Source of the DNA: Thermodesulfobacteriota bacterium
Lineage (GTDB): Bacteria; Desulfobacterota_D; UBA1144; Nemesobacterales; JAJCZQ01
Direction of reading: 5' to 3'
DNA length: 64,000 bases
Assembly: GCA_965215275.1 (NCBI GenBank)
Contig: OZ244044.1
Location: 1,152,001-1,216,000 of the forward strand
Shown here: one piece after another, positions 20,748 to 31,102 of the stretch
Layout: each line of letters begins with the position of its first letter
How positions within the stretch are numbered: the stretch's first letter is position 1
Program-made: the position numbers and the translations under genes
The notes under the pieces: generated by a model
Database searches by the model: none
What the model was told of the DNA's origin: nothing
Seen by the model: only the letters and a program-made list of their open reading frames with translations

Positions 20748-21295
20748 CCAAAAATGCAGGCTTTACATTAATTGAACTTCTCCTGGTGATGTTCATTCTG
20801 GGAAGTTTATTGCTTATAGCCTTACCGAGGTTTAACAGCGTCACTGATACAAGTATAAAAAGCGCATCAAGAAACCTGAGCGGCATAATAAAGTATCTTT
20901 ACAACGATTCCATATTTAAAAAAAACATATACAGGTTGAGACTTGACATAGACAATGATCAATACTGGGTCGAACATATCGAAGGTAAGGAATTTACCGT
21001 TTCCACCGATCCGAATTTAAAAAAAAGGAAACTTCCCGATGGCATTTTCTTTGAGGACGTGTTCACGCAAAGGTCACAGAAAAAAATTAAAAAAGGGGAT
21101 GAAGTCTTTATTCTCTTCTTACCCAGCGGTTTTGTTGATTATGCCGTCATACACCTTGGCAGCGTTGATAATAAAAGTTATACGATAGAAACCAAACCCT
21201 ACACTGGTGGGACAAAAATATATGATCAGTATTACGATCTCAGAGAAAAAAGTGACCTGCAACGAATTAACAAGTTACGGAAGGTCAGAGAATAA
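20744..21295 (+). CDS. gspH: Minor pseudopilin H
   Basis: G|FTLIE motif; position after gspG. Confidence 0.75.
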   Translation: MTKNAGFTLIELLLVMFILGSLLLIALPRFNSVTDTSIKSASRNLSGIIKYLYNDSIFKKNIYRLRLDIDNDQYWVEHIEGKEFTVSTDPNLKKRKLPDGIFFEDVFTQRSQKKIKKGDEVFILFLPSGFVDYAVIHLGSVDNKSYTIETKPYTGGTKIYDQYYDLREKSDLQRINKLRKVRE

Positions 21296-21644
21296 GGGAT
21301 TTACACTTCTTGAAGTCGTTATAGCCATCACGCTGATCGGAACAGCAATGGTCATATTGCTCGGGTCCGTCAGTAATAACATAAATTTTGCTTCCAAATC
21401 CAAAAATAATCAGACCGCAACTCTCCTGGCAGAGCAGATGATGGCTGAGATCGAACTTGAGGAAATACTTTATGAAAGGGAAGAAAGTGGTACTTTTCCA
21501 AATCACGGAGAATTTAAATGGTTCGTATCCGTATATCCCTACGAGCTACCTTTTTTAAATATCAAGATCATGATGGTAAGACTTTTAATAACATGGGACA
21601 ATGACAATTCATCATTTGAAATATTCACGGCAATGCCGAACTGA
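21252..21644 (+). CDS. gspI: Minor pseudopilin I (start uncertain: 21207, 21222 or 21252)
   Basis: G|FTLLEV motif; synteny. Confidence 0.75.
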   Translation: MTCNELTSYGRSENKGFTLLEVVIAITLIGTAMVILLGSVSNNINFASKSKNNQTATLLAEQMMAEIELEEILYEREESGTFPNHGEFKWFVSVYPYELPFLNIKIMMVRLLITWDNDNSSFEIFTAMPN

Positions 21645-22356
21645 AAAAGGGTTTACCCTGATCGAGATACTGGTGGTGATGTTCATTACGGCCATTATAG
21701 CGACAATGCTGTACGGTTCACTTTTTCAGATCATAGACACAAAGGAAAAGATCGAGAACGAGCTGGAGGTCCTTCATGAAGCCAGAATGGTCTTTTCAAA
21801 AATAAGCAAGGACCTGAGGAACGCATACCCAAGGGGCAGGGTTTCAAGTATAAAATCCAGCAGCTATCCTTATTTTTACTTCAAAGGTGAAAAAGACCCT
21901 GTAAACGAAAAAAACAGCAGACTGCATCTGTCATCATATGCGTCAAGCACGGCTTATTTCAGCCAAAACCCTGATCTGACCCTGAACCGCCAATCAGACC
22001 AGTCGGAAGTCACATACTTTTTAGAGGAACTGGACGAGCAGGACCAACCACACACGGATCAAAGCCAGCTGTACGCACTGGTACGACGTGAAAACCCATG
22101 GTTTGGTAATGAACAGGGCGGTATTCAATATGCCTTATCTGAAAGGGTTTCAAGTTTCAGGATCACTTATCTTAACGACAAGAAAATAAAAAATCCAGAC
22201 CTGACACTTAATACGGAAGGTATTACAAAATGGAACGCAGGCAATCCTGCAGACACAGGCTACCCAAAAGCCGTTGAAGTAAAGCTCGTACTAATAGATA
22301 ACCTCGGAAAAGACCAGTCGTTCAGTACAACTATCTTTTTACCCATTACAAAATAG
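21601..22356 (+). CDS. gspJ: Minor pseudopilin J
   Basis: G|FTLIE, SKDLRNA, C-terminal PKAVEV. Confidence 0.8.
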   Translation: MTIHHLKYSRQCRTEKGFTLIEILVVMFITAIIATMLYGSLFQIIDTKEKIENELEVLHEARMVFSKISKDLRNAYPRGRVSSIKSSSYPYFYFKGEKDPVNEKNSRLHLSSYASSTAYFSQNPDLTLNRQSDQSEVTYFLEELDEQDQPHTDQSQLYALVRRENPWFGNEQGGIQYALSERVSSFRITYLNDKKIKNPDLTLNTEGITKWNAGNPADTGYPKAVEVKLVLIDNLGKDQSFSTTIFLPITK

Positions 22357-22361
22357 AAACG

Positions 22362-23444
22362 GTGAACATGCTTATCAAAAGAAAGAAAGAAAAAGGAACA
22401 GTGCTTGTAATGGTGCTGATCGTCATTGCAATACTGACCATTATAGTCGCCGAGTTCACTTTCAGCACATATATTGACCTCGCAATTTCCAAAAACACCC
22501 AGAACGATATAAAAGCACGATACATAGCCAAATCCGGAATAAGTCTGGTCTCAAGCATAATGAAGACCAAGAACCCCGAAACGATGGATAGAGTGGCAAA
22601 GTTCATACCATCGATGTACTTAGGGAACAACGAAAAAGGGATGTGGACACTGACAGTGTCATCTTTTCCTTTGGGCGACGGTGCAGTCTCTTTAACGATG
22701 GAAGACGAAAGAGCAAAAATAAATTTAAATTCTCTGGTTAATCCAAAAAGCAATAAAGTTGACTTTCAGGTACTGACGGCACTTACACAACTCTTCAAGT
22801 TTTTAAAAGTTGACCAGGAAAAATCCAACCTGTTCATATCCAGCCTGGTCAACTGGTTAGATAGAGAACTGAAAGGGTCACCGAACGATCAGGAATCTTA
22901 TGGAGTTAATGAAAAATTTTATGAACAACTTGATACTCCATATCAAATTAAAGACGGACAGATAGACAGCATAGAGGAAATCCGAATGATCGAGGGAATG
23001 GATACAGAATTCTATAATAAGATAAAAAATTATATAACGGTTTATCCTTCGAATAAATTAGTTAATTTCAGCACCGCCCCCAGACCGGTCATGATGGCGG
23101 TAATAGCAGCTTCTCATGTATCTTCAATTAAGAAAAAAGACCCCGCTGAGATAAACCATTCCACAGTTGAATCCATTGTCAGCGAGATATTGGAAAAAAG
23201 AGAAGACGATAACGTGATTTCAAGAAAGGAAGTCAAAAATATTGTAAATAAAATAGGTACAGAACATAACATCTCCGCTGGTCTGAGCGGGCTTGTTTTG
23301 AAGTACGGAAAAAGCGATATATTTTCAGTCAGATCAACAGGCGTTGCCGGAAGCGGAGATATTACAATAAAAAATATTGAGGCAGTTGTTAAAAAACCAA
23401 GCCGTAGCAACGCCCAGCAAATTGTTTCATGGAAAGAGGAATAG
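22362..23444 (+). CDS. gspK: Minor pseudopilin K
   Basis: G|TVLVMVL without Glu5, DERAKINLN, VNFSTAP. Confidence 0.85.
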   Translation: MNMLIKRKKEKGTVLVMVLIVIAILTIIVAEFTFSTYIDLAISKNTQNDIKARYIAKSGISLVSSIMKTKNPETMDRVAKFIPSMYLGNNEKGMWTLTVSSFPLGDGAVSLTMEDERAKINLNSLVNPKSNKVDFQVLTALTQLFKFLKVDQEKSNLFISSLVNWLDRELKGSPNDQESYGVNEKFYEQLDTPYQIKDGQIDSIEEIRMIEGMDTEFYNKIKNYITVYPSNKLVNFSTAPRPVMMAVIAASHVSSIKKKDPAEINHSTVESIVSEILEKREDDNVISRKEVKNIVNKIGTEHNISAGLSGLVLKYGKSDIFSVRSTGVAGSGDITIKNIEAVVKKPSRSNAQQIVSWKEE

Positions 23445-23462
23445 ACGTTCCCCTATGAAACC

Positions 23463-23909
23463 TCACTTCATGGGTATCTCTCTTATGAACTCGTCCCAGT
23501 GATCTTTAGTGATCAGACCTATTTGTTTTCTTGGTCCGCTGTACCCACCTTCTCCTGGGAATATTTTGTTGTAAACTTCGTCCTTTATTTCAAGCCATTT
23601 ATCTATCGCTGCATAGTTTTTGAATTTTACAATGGTTTTATATGTCCAGAGAGGCTTGATGGTGTGAATTCTCTGAGAATACATTCTGTATTGATCAACA
23701 ATTAAACCCATCTCTTCCATTTTCTGCCAGAACGGAAAGAGCCTTGATCTGTATATATCCAGAAATTTTTCCTTATTTTCCTCATCTACAAGATAATAGC
23801 TTTCTTCAATTACCGTTTTGTAATCACTTTTCTTTCCATATACGTCACCGTTCATAATAATTAAAAAACATAATGTTAACAGAGTAAACGACGTTAAAGA
23901 CCGTGTCAT
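23463..23909 (-). CDS. Hypothetical exported protein (possibly NIPSNAP-like fold)
   Basis: Signal-peptide-like MTRSLTSFTLLTLCFLII after a GGGGG RBS; the fold is a guess. Confidence 0.6.
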   Translation of the reverse strand: MTRSLTSFTLLTLCFLIIMNGDVYGKKSDYKTVIEESYYLVDEENKEKFLDIYRSRLFPFWQKMEEMGLIVDQYRMYSQRIHTIKPLWTYKTIVKFKNYAAIDKWLEIKDEVYNKIFPGEGGYSGPRKQIGLITKDHWDEFIREIPMK

Positions 23910-24090
23910 AGTACACCCCCTAAATTGAACTTTACAGTTATTTATAACAACGATACGTGATAAATCAATCAGTTTGTCCCTGCAGTCAAATCTAATACAC
24001 ATTTGCTTTTGAAATAATTCATCTGTAAAATTTCCACTATCTATCCATAGTTATAATTTTCCGAGCTTAGCGAAATCTCCATATACCACA

Positions 24091-24846
24091 ATGAACGAAA
24101 CACTTTTTGAAACACTGTTAGGAGCAACTTCTGGCACTGGAGTAGTAAGTCTGATATTGGCTGCTGGCCCAGTGGTAAAGTTTGTTCTTTTGATCCTGGT
24201 GATAATGTCAGTTGTTTCATGGTCCATTATTTTTTCAAAGTGGTTTACGTTAAGGTCGGCAATCCAGAAGTCAGAGGAATTTCTGAAACTTTACAGAAAA
24301 AGCACTAATTTCTGGCAACTTCATTCGGCAACGAAACAATTCGACGGACCCACAGCAGAATTATTTAAATCCGGCTTCTCAGAAATAATAAAATTTAAAA
24401 AGGCCAGAAGAGCCGAAAGTAACGAAAAACAAAGCAAAAACAGTCAGGAAGATAACGACATGCTGCCGGAAATGGGTGTGATAGACCTGGTGGAACGAGA
24501 GCTGAAAAGATCAATGTCCGCTGAGATTACCAAGTTAGAAGGGTCCCTTATATTTCTTGCAACTACAGGAAGCACCGCACCATTTATAGGGCTCTTCGGA
24601 ACCGTCTGGGGAATAATGACATCTTTTATCAGCCTTGCAGGTGGTGGTGGAGTTCCTTCGCTACAACTCGTGGCACCTGGCATAGCCGAGGCACTGATCG
24701 CAACGGCTATAGGTCTTGCTGCAGCAATTCCTGCTTCCGCCGCCTATAATCACTTTCTAAGTAAAATCAGAAAAATCGATATAGAGATGGAAAACTTTGC
24801 CTCTGAGTTTTTAAATATTACAGAAAGATATATGAAGCAGTCTTAA
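24091..24846 (+). CDS. tolQ: TolQ (MotA/TolQ/ExbB family)
   Basis: APFIGLFGTVWGIM, APGIAEALIATA. Confidence 0.92.
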   Translation: MNETLFETLLGATSGTGVVSLILAAGPVVKFVLLILVIMSVVSWSIIFSKWFTLRSAIQKSEEFLKLYRKSTNFWQLHSATKQFDGPTAELFKSGFSEIIKFKKARRAESNEKQSKNSQEDNDMLPEMGVIDLVERELKRSMSAEITKLEGSLIFLATTGSTAPFIGLFGTVWGIMTSFISLAGGGGVPSLQLVAPGIAEALIATAIGLAAAIPASAAYNHFLSKIRKIDIEMENFASEFLNITERYMKQS

Positions 24847-24854
24847 GCTTAACA

Positions 24855-25316
24855 ATGGGAATCGGAAGTCAAAACAGCAGAGGCCGTACAGTTTTGTCTG
24901 AAATTAACGTCACGCCGTTCGTGGACGTAATGCTCGTCTTGCTCGTTATATTTATGGTAACTGCACCGATCCTGCATCAAGGTATAGACGTTAAGCTTCC
25001 TAAAGCATCATCTCAGCAAATATCGTCCTCACAAACCGATAAAAATATCATTATAACAATAAACAGGGATGGAGAACTCTTTATAGAAAATAAGCGCTAT
25101 GATCTTTCAGAGATAAAACTAAAGATCAGAAACAGCATATTGGGCAAAGGTAAACGATCAGACAAAGGTCAGATATTCATAAGAGCAGATAGTTCAGTGT
25201 TTTACGGTAAAGTAGTTGAAGTAATGAACGAGATCAAAAAATCAGGTGTTCAAAACCTGGGATTGATCACTGAACCAAGACGAACAGATAGAATCCACAA
25301 TGTCAGGGGACAATAA
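24855..25316 (+). CDS. tolR: TolR (ExbD/TolR family)
   Basis: SEINVTPFVDVMLVLLVIFMVTAP. Confidence 0.92.
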   Translation: MGIGSQNSRGRTVLSEINVTPFVDVMLVLLVIFMVTAPILHQGIDVKLPKASSQQISSSQTDKNIIITINRDGELFIENKRYDLSEIKLKIRNSILGKGKRSDKGQIFIRADSSVFYGKVVEVMNEIKKSGVQNLGLITEPRRTDRIHNVRGQ

Positions 25317-26232
25317 AAAAAACAAGAGTTCTCTCTTGGGAATCTCTCTATCCGTGTTACTCCATATAGTCGTTGTACTTCTCATAGTGTTTTGGGGAGT
25401 AAGCAATATAGATATTTTTACTCAAAATAAACCCATAAATATATCACTGTCGGGTTCAGTTCAAGAGAATACCGCAGAGAAAGATCCGAATAGCAAGAAA
25501 GAACCTAAACAGTTATCTCAAACTCAAGAGGATTCAAAAGAAGCCAAGATAAAAGCTGAAGAAAAAAGAAAAGCTGAAGAAAAAAGAAAGGCTGAAGAAA
25601 AAAGAAAGGCTGAAGAAAGAAGAAAAGCCGAAGAAAAAAGAAAGGCTGAAGAAAAAAGAAAAGCCGAAGAAAAAAGAAAAGCCGAAGAAAAAAGAAAAGC
25701 CGAAGAAAAAAGAAAGGCTGAAGAAAAAAGAAAAGCTGAAGAAAAAAGAAAGGCTGAAGAAAGAAGAAAAGCTGAAGAAAAAAGAAAGGCCGAAGAAAAA
25801 AGAAAGGCTGAAGAAAGAAGAAAAGCTGAAGAAAAAAGAAAGACACTAAAAGATATGAGAAAGCGAAGTGCACTGAAAGATCTAAGAAAAAAGAAGACTG
25901 ATATGGAAGCTGCCGATGAAAAGGCCATCAGCGCAAGGCGAACGAAGTTAAATCTGTACTTTGATAATATCTCCAACAAGATTCAGAACAAATTCAACAT
26001 ACCACTTAATATTTTACGGGACGGGTCACTTAAAACATTGATTTCTTTTAATATAGACGAAGATGGACATCTTCTGAATGTAAAAGTTGAACGATCTTCC
26101 GGTAATTCAGTTTTTGACAATTCTTGCACAAAAGCCGTTAGATATTCATCTCCATCCACACCTCCACCTAAAAAGATCGCAAAGCAGGTAACTGAGGAAA
26201 AATTTTTAATTTGGCTTGATAATAATCCGTAA
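25300..26232 (+). CDS. tolA: TolA (TM anchor, charged helical repeat, TonB/TolA C-domain)
   Basis: SVLLH TM motif, (AEEKRK)n, SSGNSVFD. Confidence 0.85.
   Translation: MSGDNKKNKSSLLGISLSVLLHIVVVLLIVFWGVSNIDIFTQNKPINISLSGSVQENTAEKDPNSKKEPKQLSQTQEDSKEAKIKAEEKRKAEEKRKAEEKRKAEERRKAEEKRKAEEKRKAEEKRKAEEKRKAEEKRKAEEKRKAEEKRKAEERRKAEEKRKAEEKRKAEERRKAEEKRKTLKDMRKRSALKDLRKKKTDMEAADEKAISARRTKLNLYFDNISNKIQNKFNIPLNILRDGSLKTLISFNIDEDGHLLNVKVERSSGNSVFDNSCTKAVRYSSPSTPPPKKIAKQVTEEKFLIWLDNNP
25555..25842 (+). repeat. 16 x 18-bp tandem repeat encoding AEE(K/R)RK
   Basis: GCYGAAGAAARAAGAAAR units spanning 288 bp. Confidence 0.95.
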
Positions 26233-26253
26233 AATACAACACTACTGAATTTC

Positions 26254-26856
26254 ATGAAGTTAATACTTGTAAGACATGGTGAAACCGATTGGAATAAATT
26301 TGGGAAATGCCAAGGTATAAGCGATATTCCGCTCAATTCAACTGGAGAAAAGCAAGCCAGGGACCTTGGTTATTCATTAAGGAACGAAAAGATATCCGCG
26401 ATCTTCTCAAGCGATTTACAAAGGGCCATTAATACCGCTAAGCATATTTCTGAATACCACAACCTTGAAGTGCAAACGGACAGAAGGTTCAGGGAAATGG
26501 ACCAAGGAGACTTTGAAGGAGTTGATTTTATATATTTAAGAAAAAATTATTCTCACGTACTTAAAAAGTGGCGAGAAGAACCAGAAACAACTAGGATCCC
26601 AGGTGGTGAATCTTTGGCTGAGGTACAGAGTAGGGCATTGAGAGCATTTGATAGTTTACTGAACAAATACAGAGGGAAGAACGTTATTCTTGTGACACAT
26701 AATCTGACAATAGTTACCCTGCTGTGTAAGTTCTCAGGCAAATCGCTTAAATCGTTCATCGAGTTTGAGATTCACGAGACCTCCAAGACTGTAATCAACT
26801 GTAGTAACGATAAATTTAAAATAGAACTGCTAAGTGATACTTCGCACATAGTTTAA
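26254..26856 (+). CDS. Histidine phosphatase family protein (CobC/PspA-like)
   Basis: RHGET, SSDLQRA, PGGES, VTH. Confidence 0.88.
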   Translation: MKLILVRHGETDWNKFGKCQGISDIPLNSTGEKQARDLGYSLRNEKISAIFSSDLQRAINTAKHISEYHNLEVQTDRRFREMDQGDFEGVDFIYLRKNYSHVLKKWREEPETTRIPGGESLAEVQSRALRAFDSLLNKYRGKNVILVTHNLTIVTLLCKFSGKSLKSFIEFEIHETSKTVINCSNDKFKIELLSDTSHIV

Positions 26857-26864
26857 AATCTCAA

Positions 26865-28538
26865 ATGATCAAAGATCAGATAAAAAACATAATTACAAAG
26901 TCAGTTGAAAAATATCTGCTTAACAATGATATAGAGATGCTGGCTATCAGTTTCGATGTTGAGATCCCAAAAAACGAACAGTTTGGAGATTATTCATCAA
27001 ATGTTTCACTGATACTGTCAAAAAAAATCCAGAAACTACCCAGGGACATTGCTTTTGATCTGGTGAAAGTTATAAAGGTTGAAAACCAGGGGTTCTTTAA
27101 AAAAATTGAAGTTGCTGGCCCGGGATTTATTAATTTTAAAGTTACTGAATCCGTATTTTTAAGCAGTCTGAGAGAAATTTATACTGCTGGAGACCACTGG
27201 GGCAAATCGGACATTGGTAAAGATAAAAAGGTACTTGTTGAATTCGTAAGTGCTAATCCCACTGGATACCTGCATTTTGGCCACGCAAGAAATGCAGCCG
27301 TTGGAGAATCTATTTCACGAATACTGAATTTCTGCGGATACGAGGTAACCAAAGAATTTTATATAAATGACGCCGGCAGACAGATGCAGTTGTTGGGCGA
27401 ATCGGTGCTGGCACGGTATAAGTTACTGCTTAAAATTGAAGCCGAATTTCCAGAAGAGGGCTATAAAGGTGAATACATTGGATCAATAGCTGAAAAATTA
27501 ATAGAGAAAGTGGGAAATGGTTTAGTCAGAATAGACGGTAAAGAAGCAGAAAAAAAATGTACCGAATTTGCCTACAACATACTACTGGACGAAACAAAAG
27601 AGGACCTTAAAAATGCAGGGATTGAGTTTGACAACTGGTACAGTGAAAAAAGTGAGATACACGACAGACCGAAAGGATTGAACAAACTGGAAGAAGTTCA
27701 ACGATTACTGGAAAGAAAAGAATGTTTATATGAAAAAGAAGATGCCACCTGGTTTAAATCAACGGATCATGGAGACAGCCAGGATTGGGTCTTAATTAAA
27801 AAGAATGGAGAACCAACTTACTTTTACTCTGATATAGCCTACCACTACGATAAGATCAGAAGGGGTTATGACAGATTAATTAACATCTGGGGGGCAGATC
27901 ACCACAGCCACGTATCAAGACTTAAATCTGCAATAAAAGCCATGGGTAACAATGAATCAATACTGACCTGCGTCTTGATTCAATTTGTAAGGCTTGTAAA
28001 AGAAAACAAAGAAGTACCTATGTCGAAGAGGGAGGGAAGCTATGTAACCCTGCGTGAGGTTATCAGCGAAGTTGGAGCAGACGTAACGCGTTTTTTTCTT
28101 TTAATGAGAAGTACTGACAGGCATCTGGACTTTGATCTTGATCTGGCTAAAAAAGAATCAAGTGAAAATCCAGTATATTATGTACAGTACGCACATGCCA
28201 GAATAGAAAGCCTTTTGGCAAAGGCAGAAGAACAAAAAAAATCATCTCTGAACGAGCATTTGGAGTTACTTACCTTAAACGAGGAGATGGATCTGGTAAA
28301 GAAATTATTGAACTTTCAGGACATAGTTCTGGAAAGTGCAAGATCGCTCTCTCCGCACAAAGTAGCCTTTTATCTACTGGACCTGGCTTCCGATTTCCAT
28401 TCCTACTATAACAGAAATAAAATAATAACTGAGGATGAACACTTAACTTCTGCCAGATTATATTTTATAATCTGTATACAGATAGTTATGAAAAATGGAC
28501 TTCATCTATTGGGAATAAAAGCCCCTAGGAGGATGTGA
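26865..28538 (+). CDS. argS: Arginyl-tRNA synthetase
   Basis: VSANPTG.LHFGH, MSKR, YVQYAHAR, C-terminal P.RM. Confidence 0.97.
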   Translation: MIKDQIKNIITKSVEKYLLNNDIEMLAISFDVEIPKNEQFGDYSSNVSLILSKKIQKLPRDIAFDLVKVIKVENQGFFKKIEVAGPGFINFKVTESVFLSSLREIYTAGDHWGKSDIGKDKKVLVEFVSANPTGYLHFGHARNAAVGESISRILNFCGYEVTKEFYINDAGRQMQLLGESVLARYKLLLKIEAEFPEEGYKGEYIGSIAEKLIEKVGNGLVRIDGKEAEKKCTEFAYNILLDETKEDLKNAGIEFDNWYSEKSEIHDRPKGLNKLEEVQRLLERKECLYEKEDATWFKSTDHGDSQDWVLIKKNGEPTYFYSDIAYHYDKIRRGYDRLINIWGADHHSHVSRLKSAIKAMGNNESILTCVLIQFVRLVKENKEVPMSKREGSYVTLREVISEVGADVTRFFLLMRSTDRHLDFDLDLAKKESSENPVYYVQYAHARIESLLAKAEEQKKSSLNEHLELLTLNEEMDLVKKLLNFQDIVLESARSLSPHKVAFYLLDLASDFHSYYNRNKIITEDEHLTSARLYFIICIQIVMKNGLHLLGIKAPRRM

Positions 28539-28539
28539 C

Positions 28540-29019
28540 ATGAAAAAAGAAGGCAATATCAACATATATCTGTTATTACTTTTCTTGCTGATCTTTATAC
28601 TGGGTGCAATGATTGGCAGGATGCTGATTTCCAAAAAAACTCACGTGCCTCAGCAGCCAAAAGTTGAAAAACTGGAAATTAAACCCAGACCAACTATCAA
28701 GGAAAAGAAACCAGAGGTTGTTTCTGTAAAGGTTCCCGTAAGCACAGAGGAGGTTGAAGAAAAACTTCCTGAAACAGACCCAGAGGGTAAATACACGGTT
28801 CAAATCGCCTCTTTTAAGAAGATGGATAATGCACAAAAATTCACAGAGCAGTTAAAAAGCAAAGGCTACCCGGCATTTATAACGAAAGCGCTGATCAGTA
28901 AAGGAACTTGGTACAGAGTTAGAGTAGGTACTTTCGCTGATAAGAAGAAGGCCCGTAAATACTCAGAGATGATAAAAAGTAAAGAAAAGTTAAAAACAGC
29001 CTATATCGACTTCAAATAA
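28540..29019 (+). CDS. SPOR-domain cell division protein (FtsN/DedD-like)
   Basis: TM, linker, YTVQIASF...WYRVRVG; follows argS. Confidence 0.85.
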   Translation: MKKEGNINIYLLLLFLLIFILGAMIGRMLISKKTHVPQQPKVEKLEIKPRPTIKEKKPEVVSVKVPVSTEEVEEKLPETDPEGKYTVQIASFKKMDNAQKFTEQLKSKGYPAFITKALISKGTWYRVRVGTFADKKKARKYSEMIKSKEKLKTAYIDFK

Positions 29020-29098
29020 ATAAAGGATAGTTCCACTACAGATAAAGCAGGTTTTTTAGTACTTAAGGAACATTCAGGTCCGGCTTTGTTGTTTTCAG

Positions 29099-29590
29099 CT
29101 ATTCCGCAGAAAGTACAACAACAATGGCGTTTGCATCAACGGTGTCGCCTTCTTTAACCTTAATTGACTTGATCTTACCGGCTTGAAGTGCTTTAAGTTC
29201 GGTTTCCATCTTCATGGCTTCAACTATTACCACGCCTTCGTTCTGGGATACGTCTTCCCCTTCCTGCTTCAATATCTTTACAACGCGGCTTGGCATTGGA
29301 GAAATTATTTCCAGTCCATCTCTTGCGATACCGGCTTTAGACAAATCCCTTCCCGAAACTGATTCAAGTTCGTAAAGATTGCCGTCGTAAAATACCTGCA
29401 GTTTCTTACCCTCTCTGAAAACCCCAATGGTTAAAGACCGGTTATCAAGAATTATGGAAAAAAGATTTGCATCAAGCTGAGCATATTCGATCCGGTGCTT
29501 ACATCCGTTAATTTCCACCACGCTACCGTTCTCGTCTTGCTCAACAACGGTTTTGTAGATCTGATTGTTCAGTTTAAAGTTGTAACTCAT
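29099..29590 (-). CDS. Biotin carboxyl carrier subunit
   Basis: SPMP and EAMKM biotinylation motif. Confidence 0.92.
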   Translation of the reverse strand: MSYNFKLNNQIYKTVVEQDENGSVVEINGCKHRIEYAQLDANLFSIILDNRSLTIGVFREGKKLQVFYDGNLYELESVSGRDLSKAGIARDGLEIISPMPSRVVKILKQEGEDVSQNEGVVIVEAMKMETELKALQAGKIKSIKVKEGDTVDANAIVVVLSAE

Positions 29591-31086
29591 AGTACAGGAT
29601 TTCCGGAAACACCCATTCGCCTTGAAAACATCTTCCAGCCTGAAGCTGTTTGAGGTTTTTCACTTTCACCTTCTTTAACGTCTACCTCTTCCATTGCAAT
29701 TCCCGCGGCTATCAGAACAGGTTCGATATCATCACCGCCTGCCTGCAAAAGTTCTGGATGGCGATCAATGTAGTTCGTATCTATAGAAGCTCTTCTGAAT
29801 TCTTCCTCTTTCATTACTCCAATTAAAAAACCCAGGTTGGTTTTTACGCCCAAAACAATATATTCTCTGAGAGCAGATGCCATCCTGTTGATCGCGTACT
29901 CCCGCGTTTCACCCCAGGTAACCAGCTTGGAAAGCATAGGGTCGTAATATGATGTCACCTCATAACCCGTATAAATTGACGAATCGTCTCTAACTCCAGG
30001 ACCTCCAGGAGTTTTAACATATTGAAGAAGTCCCGGAGAGGGTAGAAAATTGGTCTCCGGATCTTCGGCATAAACCCTGCATTCTACCGCGTGTCCGTTT
30101 ATTTTAATATCCGACTGTTTAAACGGTAAAGGTTCTCCGCAAGCGACCCTGATCATCCATTTAACAATATCAATTCCCGTTATCATTTCGGTAACAGGGT
30201 GTTCAACTTGAATTCTCGTGTTCATTTCAAGAAAGTAGAAATTCTGCTCCTGGTCCATTATGAATTCCACCGTACCAGCACCTTGATAATTAACGGCTTT
30301 GGCAATGTTTACAGCTGTCTCCCCCATTTTTTTTCTTGTTTTATTTGATATAAAACCTGATGGGGCTTCTTCTATGACTTTCTGATGACGCCTTTGAATT
30401 GAGCATTCCCTTTCAAACAAATGCAGGATTTTTCCATGTGAATCCGCAAGGATCTGTATTTCAATGTGTCTGGGTTTCTCAATAAATCTTTCCACAAATA
30501 CAGAATCGTCCCCAAACGCCGAAAAAGCCTCGCTTCTTGCCATTCTGAGCGAGTTTTCAAATTCTCCCTTGTCCCTTACAAGTCTCATCCCCTTACCTCC
30601 TCCCCCGGCAGAAGCTTTTATCATTACAGGATAGCCTATCTTTTCGGCAACTCTTGAGGCTTCCACGTCGCTCACGGCACCGTCCGAACCCGGCACAAGC
30701 GGAACTTTCGCATCACGTGCGATCTTCCTTGCCGTTATCTTATCTCCCATGAGCTTGATAGCTTCTGGAGTTGGACCTATGAAAGTAATACCTTCTTTTT
30801 CACAGAGTTCCGCAAAGGAATCGTTTTCAGCCAGAAATCCAAATCCGGGATGAACCGCCTGAACTCCTGATTTTTTTGCAGCATCTACTATATTTTCTTT
30901 TACCAGATAGCTCTCGGCCGGCTTAGGACCCCCAACGTTGTACGCTTCGTCGGCCAGTGCCACGTGTGCTGAATTTCTGTCGGCGTCAGAATACACGGCA
31001 ACCGTCTTGGCTCCCAGTTCTCTGCACGCTCTTATTATTCTAACGGCTATTTCGCCTCTGTTTGCAATAAGTATCTTATCGAACAC
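29587..31086 (-). CDS. Biotin carboxylase subunit of an acyl-CoA (propionyl-CoA-type) carboxylase
   Basis: ANRGEIA, GGGGKGMR, RECSIQRRHQK, EMNTRIQVEH. Confidence 0.95.
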   Translation of the reverse strand: MFDKILIANRGEIAVRIIRACRELGAKTVAVYSDADRNSAHVALADEAYNVGGPKPAESYLVKENIVDAAKKSGVQAVHPGFGFLAENDSFAELCEKEGITFIGPTPEAIKLMGDKITARKIARDAKVPLVPGSDGAVSDVEASRVAEKIGYPVMIKASAGGGGKGMRLVRDKGEFENSLRMARSEAFSAFGDDSVFVERFIEKPRHIEIQILADSHGKILHLFERECSIQRRHQKVIEEAPSGFISNKTRKKMGETAVNIAKAVNYQGAGTVEFIMDQEQNFYFLEMNTRIQVEHPVTEMITGIDIVKWMIRVACGEPLPFKQSDIKINGHAVECRVYAEDPETNFLPSPGLLQYVKTPGGPGVRDDSSIYTGYEVTSYYDPMLSKLVTWGETREYAINRMASALREYIVLGVKTNLGFLIGVMKEEEFRRASIDTNYIDRHPELLQAGGDDIEPVLIAAGIAMEEVDVKEGESEKPQTASGWKMFSRRMGVSGNPVL

Positions 31087-31102
31087 CTGAATTCCCTTTT
31101 AA

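Noticed and set aside
14334..23444. T2SS cluster without gspL, gspM or prepilin peptidase
   Set aside because: Split gsp loci are common and the missing genes may lie elsewhere; this cannot be judged from one window
25505..25979. Antisense ORFs rich in FFFLQ / FSSAFL repeats
   Set aside because: Shadows of the tolA 18-bp repeat on the opposite strand
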